From NCBI GenBank assembly GCA_964562855.1, contig CAZLVB010000001.1, forward strand, positions 3,614-67,613: a DNA stretch of 64,000 nucleotides, given 5' to 3'. The notes beneath the pieces are model-generated. The model was not told the DNA's origin, did no database searches, and saw only the letters and a list, made by a program, of their open reading frames with translations. A program made the position numbers and the translations under genes. Positions 9,426 to 16,915 of the stretch are shown in pieces. Within the stretch, counting starts at the first letter, position 1; each line of letters starts with the position of its first letter. The stretch comes from an uncultured Gammaproteobacteria bacterium. GTDB lineage: Bacteria; Patescibacteriota; Microgenomatia; Curtissbacterales; GWA2-41-24.

Positions 9426-11109
9426 CTGAAACAATGTGGATAGCTGGTTCACCGTTTATATAATTGATAACTTTCAAGGTTTTGCCTTTGCCGGATAATT
9501 CTTGTGGTGTCCCCACAAAAAGAGTTTTTGCTTCTTGTCGTTGTTGTTCATAATCAATCGGTCTAAAAAGGTATCTATCAAATTTATTTCTATCTTCCAG
9601 AAAACCGCCAGAAACAGTACCCCCCTCCTCTAAATATTTTTTGGGGTCGTACTTTAGGTAGTAGAGCCAAAATTCGTGAGGTTGTTCTAATTTGGTGGAA
9701 ACAATGACACGATCATATCTATCTTTAATCTCTTCAGAGTATAGTGCCGCTTCTCGTCTTCCATATATCCAGGCTTTCGAATATTCGTAGGGCATATGAA
9801 TATAGTATTGATGAAGGTAAAATGAAAAATTCGCAAATAATAGTAAAGCTACGAAAATTGTAAACAATCGTTTATGTTTGAAGGAAGAATAAATAGTGAA
9901 AGCACCAATTGCAGTAAATATCTGATAAGTAGGCAAATATATCTCACTTCTTAGGGAATGAGGAACTCCCCAAGTTACAGATGAGGCAATCGGCGCTATC
10001 AAAAACCACCAAAATATAATAACTTTCGACTTAACCTCAAATTTTTTGGCAATTAAAAAATAAATTCCGGCGAGGATAAACGGAATGTCCCAAAGATATA
10101 AAAGTCCGATTTGTGGAGCATGATGTCTGTCCATATCGGCATTCAAAAAGAGAAAATCAGGTCTAAAATGTGAAAGATAATTTTCAATTAAAATCGGAAT
10201 ATAGACAAGACGACGATTATGGAAAATTCGGCCCAACGTCAGCTGCCCTTGATTTTCGTCCTGTGCAATTAATTCGGCAGCCTTATATTGAGGAGAGACG
10301 TCGGCAAAAATAGTTGTACCTTTAAACCTCATTTGTCCTGCTGTAGAAAAAATAACTGGCAATAAAACTAGTGCAAAAATTAGGGAAATTGCCGCGGGTA
10401 GGATTAGCGATTTGATTGATTTTAAAAGGTTATCTTTAAATAGATAAATTAAAACTATGGAATAAATGGGCACAAAAACTCGGGCATTATGGTACATAAA
10501 AAGATTTACACCGAAAGCAATGGCAGATATGGATAACCAAAGGGTTCTCTTTCGGTCTTTGCTTGTGATTGCCTTCAAAAAAGCCCATGTGGCCGATACA
10601 GACAAAAAAATAGCACTGTTTGTTTCGAAAGCAACCCTCGAAAATTGTAAGTGCCAAGGGGAGATGGCCAACATTAGCGCAGCTAATGTTGGAATGTCCA
10701 ATTGAAACGTTTTCCTTTGGAAAAGCAAATTTCTAATTTCTAATGAATTGACTAATTGGGATGGGGGTCTTGGGAATAATTCTTTGACCATCAAATAGGT
10801 GAATAAAACTGCTAAGACTCCAAGAATTGCCGAAGGTAATCTAACAGCGAAGTCATTGAGTCCGAAAATAGCAATTGAGGGTACTACCAGATAGGTGTAA
10901 ACTGGCGGCTTGTAATCGTCAAATGATCTAAAAGATAAAGGAAATTTATAGCCATATTCGTCCCGGCCAGTCTTAAGAATTGAAAGGGCATTATAACCGT
11001 GGGCAGTTTCGTCCCAGTCAAGACTAGGAGGGTTCTGGCCGAGCTGATAAAACCTCAAGATTGCAGCAAGCAGAATTATTAGAATCAAGTAAAAATTATT
11101 TTTTAACAT
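9415..11109 (-). CDS. GT-C (PMT_2/ArnT-like) membrane glycosyltransferase
   Basis: 564 aa; DWDETAHGYNALS, FDDYKPP, SPWHLQFSR, PHSLR. Confidence 0.82.
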   Translation of the reverse strand: MLKNNFYLILIILLAAILRFYQLGQNPPSLDWDETAHGYNALSILKTGRDEYGYKFPLSFRSFDDYKPPVYTYLVVPSIAIFGLNDFAVRLPSAILGVLAVLFTYLMVKELFPRPPSQLVNSLEIRNLLFQRKTFQLDIPTLAALMLAISPWHLQFSRVAFETNSAIFLSVSATWAFLKAITSKDRKRTLWLSISAIAFGVNLFMYHNARVFVPIYSIVLIYLFKDNLLKSIKSLILPAAISLIFALVLLPVIFSTAGQMRFKGTTIFADVSPQYKAAELIAQDENQGQLTLGRIFHNRRLVYIPILIENYLSHFRPDFLFLNADMDRHHAPQIGLLYLWDIPFILAGIYFLIAKKFEVKSKVIIFWWFLIAPIASSVTWGVPHSLRSEIYLPTYQIFTAIGAFTIYSSFKHKRLFTIFVALLLFANFSFYLHQYYIHMPYEYSKAWIYGRREAALYSEEIKDRYDRVIVSTKLEQPHEFWLYYLKYDPKKYLEEGGTVSGGFLEDRNKFDRYLFRPIDYEQQRQEAKTLFVGTPQELSGKGKTLKVINYINGEPAIHIVSDEI

Positions 11110-12814
11110 TTCTTAAAACTAGACCGGCTGCCAGCAGGAAAGACCCGAGACTGAGATAATTTGCAAACAACCTTGTTGGAGTTTCTCCAAATTTTACATC
11201 TACTTCGTGGCCACCTTTGGTTAATTTAATGCTCATGAGCCCGGATGCGTCCTGTTCACTGTCAAGATCGAGACTTGTAGTGTTGGTAATTTCAAATTCT
11301 TGATGCAGACTAAGTTTTTGGCCATCAACAAATATTGTGACACCTGGAAAGTAAAACTTATTTATTCTTATCTGGGCGCTTTCGGAATTGACGTCTACCT
11401 CAAAAGACAGTCTATTTGATTTGGCACGTACATTAGACAAACTTGATTCGCCGGATAAATTTTCGACATTTATGCTGGGGTCAAAACCTATTGGTACTTT
11501 GGTGGATTGCCTCCATATCGGAGTAAATTCATTATACTGAGTAGCTGTACCCGAGTAATCGGAAAAATGATCGTCGGGCCACATTAGACTTTGATTAATT
11601 CTTAAGTGATTGCGATTAGCTATCAACACCGCTAAAACCAGAAAGATAAATATCAAACCTGGTTTTAATGCCTTAGCAGCAAAAGCGGCCAGATAGGCCA
11701 ACGATACAGATACAATTCCTAAAAGCCTCCAAGGAAGATCGATAAAATGCAGAAACTTGATTTTTTGCCAAATTATGGTGTTAGGTTTAATCTGCAACAT
11801 TAAAAATATTGCAAGCAAGGCAATTGCAAAGAAAAAAAAGATTAGCCAATTTTCGGCTTTTGAGAAAGACAGTTTCTTTTTAAAAAAAGCATATACCAAA
11901 AGAAAAAACACTAGGAGTAAAATCAATATATGCGCTAAGCCAATTTGGAAAGATATTTGGTCATTAACTGTTCCCGGTAGGTCAAATCCGTATCCCCATG
12001 GAGATCGGATAAGCTGCTTTAAGGTGACAAAATGATTTTCATAGGCAGTTCTTATGATTTCGTCGAATCTTGTGAATCTGCGTTCAAAAACTGACGGCAG
12101 GTAAGTCACGGCTGAAAGCAAAAATCCCCAAATTGCGACAATTGCCGAGTTCCTGAGCATTCGAGCAAAATTTTTGTTGAGCGCCAACACAATTGCGTAT
12201 CCTGCAATTAAAGGGGCTGCCAAGATTGCTACTAAATTCTGAGAAAGTAACAAAGCAGAAAATGAGAGCACACTAATAGCTAGCCATTTCCAAGTATTCT
12301 CTTTCCATAGTTTAGTAATTGAAAATAACAATAAAGGAAGAAAAGTATATGCTAAAAGCTCGGAGATTGAGCCGCGAACGTATATCAAGGAAAATCTGTA
12401 GGGAGCCCACATATAAAACAGTGCGCCCAAAAAGGCCGCTTTTTCAGACTTGAAAACTGCTTTAAGCCAAAGATAGCTAAAAATTCCCGAAAAAATAAAG
12501 CCGACAGCCATCAGAATTTTAAAACTATCTGCGAAAGAAAAACCCAAGAAATGAATTACTGAACCAAAAGCATAGGGTAACGGATATATGTAAACGAATA
12601 TCGGGCTTCCTAGGCCGTTGTAGAAGTTGCCAGCAAAACGTGGCGGAAATTGGCCATCGCTAAGGGCTTGATAATAAGCTGCAATGCGCGCCGCATGGGT
12701 TTCGCCGTCGTGACTCGTGTAAAAACCCGGAAGAGTCAAACTTTTAAGCGCAGGTGCTGAAAGGATAATCAGAGCAGCTATAGCCAGAAAATTCGGATTA
12801 TACCAAAACCTCAC
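11096..12814 (-). CDS. '6-pyruvoyl-tetrahydropterin synthase-related' membrane protein (GT-C/YfhO-like superfamily)
   Basis: 572 aa; SHDGETH, GQFPPRF, GLGSPIF.Y.YPL, YVRG..SE, LPWRLL, and a C-terminal soluble domain (YFPG...G.HEV) followed by a final TM. Confidence 0.7.
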   Translation of the reverse strand: MRFWYNPNFLAIAALIILSAPALKSLTLPGFYTSHDGETHAARIAAYYQALSDGQFPPRFAGNFYNGLGSPIFVYIYPLPYAFGSVIHFLGFSFADSFKILMAVGFIFSGIFSYLWLKAVFKSEKAAFLGALFYMWAPYRFSLIYVRGSISELLAYTFLPLLLFSITKLWKENTWKWLAISVLSFSALLLSQNLVAILAAPLIAGYAIVLALNKNFARMLRNSAIVAIWGFLLSAVTYLPSVFERRFTRFDEIIRTAYENHFVTLKQLIRSPWGYGFDLPGTVNDQISFQIGLAHILILLLVFFLLVYAFFKKKLSFSKAENWLIFFFFAIALLAIFLMLQIKPNTIIWQKIKFLHFIDLPWRLLGIVSVSLAYLAAFAAKALKPGLIFIFLVLAVLIANRNHLRINQSLMWPDDHFSDYSGTATQYNEFTPIWRQSTKVPIGFDPSINVENLSGESSLSNVRAKSNRLSFEVDVNSESAQIRINKFYFPGVTIFVDGQKLSLHQEFEITNTTSLDLDSEQDASGLMSIKLTKGGHEVDVKFGETPTRLFANYLSLGSFLLAAGLVLRNVKK

Positions 12815-12821
12815 ACTACAA

Positions 12822-12830
12822 ATTCTAGCA
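12822..12830 (-). promoter_or_regulatory. Extended -10 element (TGCTAGAAT), 7 nt upstream of the GTG start
   Basis: TGn-TAGAAT in a 25-nt intergenic gap; no SD sequence; spacing implies a leaderless mRNA. Confidence 0.55.
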
Positions 12831-12839
12831 CAAAGAATT

Positions 12840-13907
12840 TTACGGTTGAGGGTAAATTACTTTTCCTTGTGGGTTACCGGCAAATCGGCCATTTTCAAAA
12901 ACAATTTGGCCACGAATTACAACTTTTTTGACCTTCCCCCTACCCTCCATGCCAACAAATGGCGTCCAGCCGCATTTGGTAAATAAACCTTTATTGGAGA
13001 TCTTGTATTTTTTAGCAGTGTCGATCTCCACATAGGTTTCCTGTTGGTTTGGAAGACTGAAAATTATTCGGGGATTAGTGCAAGCCAATTCTATCAACCG
13101 TTCAAGACTAATTCTCTCTTGAGTGACAGCATTTAACATTAAAGGCAAAGTCGTTTCTAATCCGGGAACTCCATATTTAGGCGAGGAGTGATCGTATTTT
13201 TCTGCAAGCGTATGGGGGGCATGATCTGTTGAAATCATATCTATTTTGTCAAGATTTAACCACAGTTTTTCTTGATCTTTTTTGGATAAAAGTGGCGGTT
13301 TCATCACTCCTTGCGGACCGAGTCTTTTAAGGTCACTCTTGTTCAGAAAGAGGTGGTGGGGGCAAACTTCGCTGCTAATATCAAGACCATCGCTTTTGGC
13401 CTTATTGACTGCCCTAATCTGGTCAAATGCGATATGACAAATGTGAAGTTTTTTCCTGTATTTCCTGGCTAATCTGATGGCTGCCTCAACGGTTTTCCCT
13501 TCAGCGTGAACCATTATCGGCAAAGGACTATTCCACAATTTAAAAATTACTTCTCTGTCTGCCGCTTTATCAATCAGAAGCGGGCCTGTCGTTTGGTTCA
13601 TGTAGACTTTTAGGCCAAAAACTTTTCGCCGTACTTGTTTAAAATATTTCGTAGATAAGGAAGTGCCCCCAAAATTAAAACCGACATCGCACCAAATTTT
13701 GTCTTGAGCAAGATTTATTTTGTCCTCTAAGTCGTTGGGGGTAGCAGTCGGCGGAGAGTTATTTGGCATATCCAAAATCTGGGTATAGCCGCCGGCAACA
13801 GCCGCTTGGGTACCAGTATAGAAATCTTCTTTGTACGTCGCCCCAGGTTCTCTCAGATGAACATGGACGTCGACAAGTCCGGGGAGCTTTATTAAATTAC
13901 TTTTCAA
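12840..13907 (-). CDS. pyrC: Dihydroorotase (CAD-like type)
   Basis: PGLVDVHVHLREPG, DMPN, LKVYMN, HAE, HICH, CPHHL, KPPL, TDHAPH, GVPGLE, TKCGWTPF. Confidence 0.9.
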   Translation of the reverse strand: MKSNLIKLPGLVDVHVHLREPGATYKEDFYTGTQAAVAGGYTQILDMPNNSPPTATPNDLEDKINLAQDKIWCDVGFNFGGTSLSTKYFKQVRRKVFGLKVYMNQTTGPLLIDKAADREVIFKLWNSPLPIMVHAEGKTVEAAIRLARKYRKKLHICHIAFDQIRAVNKAKSDGLDISSEVCPHHLFLNKSDLKRLGPQGVMKPPLLSKKDQEKLWLNLDKIDMISTDHAPHTLAEKYDHSSPKYGVPGLETTLPLMLNAVTQERISLERLIELACTNPRIIFSLPNQQETYVEIDTAKKYKISNKGLFTKCGWTPFVGMEGRGKVKKVVIRGQIVFENGRFAGNPQGKVIYPQP

Positions 13908-13917
13908 ATTAGATCTG

Positions 13918-13951
13918 ATTTTAGCATATGGATCATTTTTGCTTGTATAAT
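13918..13951. promoter_or_regulatory. Back-to-back -10 elements for pyrC (TGCTAAAAT, minus) and the plus-strand membrane gene (TATAAT, 13946-13951)
   Basis: Two -10-like hexamers in the short divergent gap. Confidence 0.5.
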
Positions 13952-13979
13952 GAAAATTACTCAGAGGGCAAATTCAATT

Positions 13980-15209
13980 ATGAAGATTAGTATTTCGAAT
14001 GTAATTATCCTTTTAATCTTCTCTTTTGCTGTTTTTTCCGGATTTATTACTTATCGGGCCAGTTGGTTCAATATCGACAAACACTTTTCACTTCTTGCAC
14101 AGAGTTTCCTTAAAAATGACTTGTTTCTTGATCCTAACAATCTTCCAAATGGGGATTACGTAGATTATCAAGGAAAGCAATATCTGTTTTTTGGACCGAT
14201 GCCTTCAATCTTACTTATGCCTCTCGTTGCATTTTTCGGAAAGAATTTTCCCCAAATGACACTATCTATTTCTTCACTGATCATAATATTTCTGGGCATT
14301 TTCTTTTTATCCAAAAAAATAAAATTTTCGACTGCAGACTCATTTTGGCTTGCCAACTTTTTTGTCTTCGGGACAGTTCTATATTTTGTCGGCTTAGTAA
14401 ATATATCAGCATATCTTGTCCAAGCCGTTGCGACCGCCTTTGTAGTACTGGCGCTTTTGGAATATTTTACAAAGAGACGGTGGTTTGTAATTGGAGTACT
14501 TGTCGCGGCAGCAGGGGCTACAAGAATTACGCTATTCGGCATGATGCTATTTTTCCTTTTAGAAATATTTCGAATGAGAGACAAAATAGACGTTAAAAGA
14601 AATCTAACTTTATTACTTATCCCGGTAATCTTTTCCTTATCAGTGCTTGGGCTATATAATTTTCGGCGATTTCATTCGCCTTTTGACACCGGCTATACCC
14701 GTAACGTCTCGGTTTTGGATAAAAATTACTACAATTATAAAGAAGGCTGGTTTAGCGTTAAGCACATACCGGCAAATCTGTATGCTCTATTTATAGCAAC
14801 TCCCAAGCCGGTATTAAAGGAAGGAATAGAATTTGTTTTGAAGTTTCCATATCTAAAGGTAGATCATTTGGGAATGGCTATATGGATCACTTCCCCGCTT
14901 TTTATCTACCTATTAAAAATTAAGAGGGAAGGTTATACAATTTCGGCATTTTTGACGATTCTTGCAATGTCAATCCCTTCACTTGTCTATTTTGGTATTG
15001 GAATCTCGCAATTCGGCTACCGCTACAGTTTGGATTTTTTACCTCTACTATTTTTAATTCTTTTATCCGCATTTGCCCAAAAAAAATTGCCACCTTTTTC
15101 TAAATTGTTAATTCTAACAGGTATAATTTTTGATACTTTTTACATGGCCAGTATTTGGAATGATTATCCTCTCTTGCATTTTTGGGATTACCTTGGGATT
15201 AATTTCTGA
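13980..15209 (+). CDS. Polytopic membrane protein, probable GT-C-fold glycosyltransferase
   Basis: About 410 aa, many TMs; YQGKQYLFFGPMP loop, GATR, QFGYRYSLDFLP. The ATG at 13950 overlaps the -10, so 13980 is preferred. Only credible plus-strand gene in the window. Confidence 0.6.
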   Translation: MKISISNVIILLIFSFAVFSGFITYRASWFNIDKHFSLLAQSFLKNDLFLDPNNLPNGDYVDYQGKQYLFFGPMPSILLMPLVAFFGKNFPQMTLSISSLIIIFLGIFFLSKKIKFSTADSFWLANFFVFGTVLYFVGLVNISAYLVQAVATAFVVLALLEYFTKRRWFVIGVLVAAAGATRITLFGMMLFFLLEIFRMRDKIDVKRNLTLLLIPVIFSLSVLGLYNFRRFHSPFDTGYTRNVSVLDKNYYNYKEGWFSVKHIPANLYALFIATPKPVLKEGIEFVLKFPYLKVDHLGMAIWITSPLFIYLLKIKREGYTISAFLTILAMSIPSLVYFGIGISQFGYRYSLDFLPLLFLILLSAFAQKKLPPFSKLLILTGIIFDTFYMASIWNDYPLLHFWDYLGINF

Positions 15210-15969
15210 ATATTCCTACTTTAACTAAACCCGTCTGAGATATTAAATATGTAAAAACTGTCCATAAAGTCATCAGGCCATATTTTGCAGATCTTCTGAA
15301 ATTAATGGAGGACGCCTCGGGAAAATATTTACAAGGAACAGGAATCTCTGAGATATTAAATTTCTTTGCTAAGGCGTAAATAAGAATCTCTTGATCGAAG
15401 ACAAAATCATCCGAGAATTTCTGATACGGAATTGTTTTTAAAACCTTGGCGGAAAATGCCCGGAAGCCCGTATGATACTCCGATAAATTCAGGCCCATTG
15501 ATAAATTTTCAATTAATGTTAAAAACCTATTCGCAAGATATTTCCATAAAGGCATTCCGCTTGACAATACCTGATATCGAGTTTGAATTCTGGAACCTAA
15601 CATTATCTCGGCTCTGCCATTAACAACCGGTTCGCAAAGGACTCCTACAAGTTTTGCGTCATACTGATAATCTGGGTGAACCATAACTACAATATCCGGA
15701 TTCCTTTTGAGCGCCTGATCATAGCAGGTTTTTTGGTTACCACCGTAACCCTTATTTTTTCTATGTAGATAAACAGTAATCCCTAAATTTTCAGCCTTTT
15801 TGACTGTCCGGTCTTGCGATGCATCATCGACAAGAATAATCTCTTTGATTAGATCTTTGGGTAGATCGTCAAACGTTTTCTTGACAGTTTTCTCTGCATT
15901 GTAGGCAGGCATGACCACAATTATTTTGGGCTTTAATTTTGAATCCCAAAGGACGTTATGATTTTTCAA
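15199..15969 (-). CDS. GT2 polyprenyl-phosphate glycosyltransferase (DPM/DPG synthase-like)
   Basis: VVMPAYNAE, VDDASQD, GYGGNQK, HPDYQY, GSR, EYHTGFRAF, FDQE. Start likely the TTG at 15969 (track gives 16020). Confidence 0.8.
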   Translation of the reverse strand: MKNHNVLWDSKLKPKIIVVMPAYNAEKTVKKTFDDLPKDLIKEIILVDDASQDRTVKKAENLGITVYLHRKNKGYGGNQKTCYDQALKRNPDIVVMVHPDYQYDAKLVGVLCEPVVNGRAEIMLGSRIQTRYQVLSSGMPLWKYLANRFLTLIENLSMGLNLSEYHTGFRAFSAKVLKTIPYQKFSDDFVFDQEILIYALAKKFNISEIPVPCKYFPEASSINFRRSAKYGLMTLWTVFTYLISQTGLVKVGIFRN

Positions 15970-16915
15970 ATTTAACCAAGACCTCCCGATCAGAAAGTGG
16001 TGAGTGATATACAGTGCCATGCGGTCCTCGCTTGCGCTGCGGGCCTAGAGTGGTGAGTGACGAGTCGAAAATAAGATAAGGCAATTTTGTCAGGGCCCAA
16101 ACGAAACCGGTAAAGAAAGCTAAATCGAGAGACGCTAGAGCTTTGAGAAAATGGTAAGGGAGCCATAGGAGATGTTGAATAATCCAAAAAGGATCGGCAA
16201 TATTTTTCCAAACAAAAAGGAATTGATTTCTATAAGAAACGGCCTTTACTAAAAACAAAGATTTTGAGGTTTTAATGGCGCCCTCCTGGTGAAAATGGTC
16301 GACTTTGGATTTTAGTTCGAAAAAACATTTATATCCTGATCGCCAAGCTCGCAAAGATAGATCTATATCTTCCCAATAAAACGGCGCAAATACTTCGTCG
16401 AAGCCATTAAGCTCTAAAAATTTTTTTTTATCAAAAATTCCAGAACCTCCCGAAACCCAAAGGGTTTCTCCGCTGTTTGACGGTAATTTAAAGTGACTCA
16501 CGAATCCTTTCGTAAAAGATGCGCCACCTTTACCGCGAATTACCACCTTACCATCCTCAGGACTCATATCAGCAAAACCCACGGCAAACATTTTCTGATC
16601 TTTAAAATATTTTAGTGAATCTTTAAGAAAATTTTCTTTCGGTAAAACATCGGAGTTGAGAAGAACAACCAGGCTTCCAGAGGCTGTTTTAACTCCTTCG
16701 TTAACTGCCGCAGCGAACCCGCGGTTTTGCGAAAATTGTATTATTTTTATTTTCCTAAAATTTTTTTTGAGATATTGTACCGACTGATCAGTTGATGCGT
16801 CATCAACTACAATAATCTCGCAGTTTTTGCAGTTCTTTATAACAGCCGGAAGGTTTTTGGCAAGCAGGTGCCTGCCATTGTAATTAGGAATGATTACTGA
16901 TATTTTTTCTTCCAT
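15956..16915 (-). CDS. GT2 glycosyltransferase (WbbL/rhamnosyltransferase-like)
   Basis: IIPNYNG, VDDASTD, NRGFAAAVN, LLNSD, GFDE.F.PFYWEDIDL. Confidence 0.82.
   Translation of the reverse strand: MEEKISVIIPNYNGRHLLAKNLPAVIKNCKNCEIIVVDDASTDQSVQYLKKNFRKIKIIQFSQNRGFAAAVNEGVKTASGSLVVLLNSDVLPKENFLKDSLKYFKDQKMFAVGFADMSPEDGKVVIRGKGGASFTKGFVSHFKLPSNSGETLWVSGGSGIFDKKKFLELNGFDEVFAPFYWEDIDLSLRAWRSGYKCFFELKSKVDHFHQEGAIKTSKSLFLVKAVSYRNQFLFVWKNIADPFWIIQHLLWLPYHFLKALASLDLAFFTGFVWALTKLPYLIFDSSLTTLGPQRKRGPHGTVYHSPLSDREVLVKFEKS
15996..16067. repeat. Heptamer run with 12-nt direct repeats flanking a GC-rich REP-like insert, inside a CDS
   Basis: AGTGGTGAGTGA at 15996-16007 and 16049-16060, flanking ...GCGGTCCTCGCTTGCGCTGCGGGCC... 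Confidence 0.65.

Noticed and set aside
11096-12814. Literal pterin/queuosine biosynthesis role for the PTPS-related proteins
   Set aside because: They are polytopic membrane proteins with no T-fold PTPS motifs; context indicates glycosylation.
15970-16020. Long N-terminal extensions and large overlaps in the ORF track (also at 31077-31137, 31777-31852, 51069-51132)
   Set aside because: Downstream starts near the upstream stop fit family domain boundaries better; not real dual-coding regions.
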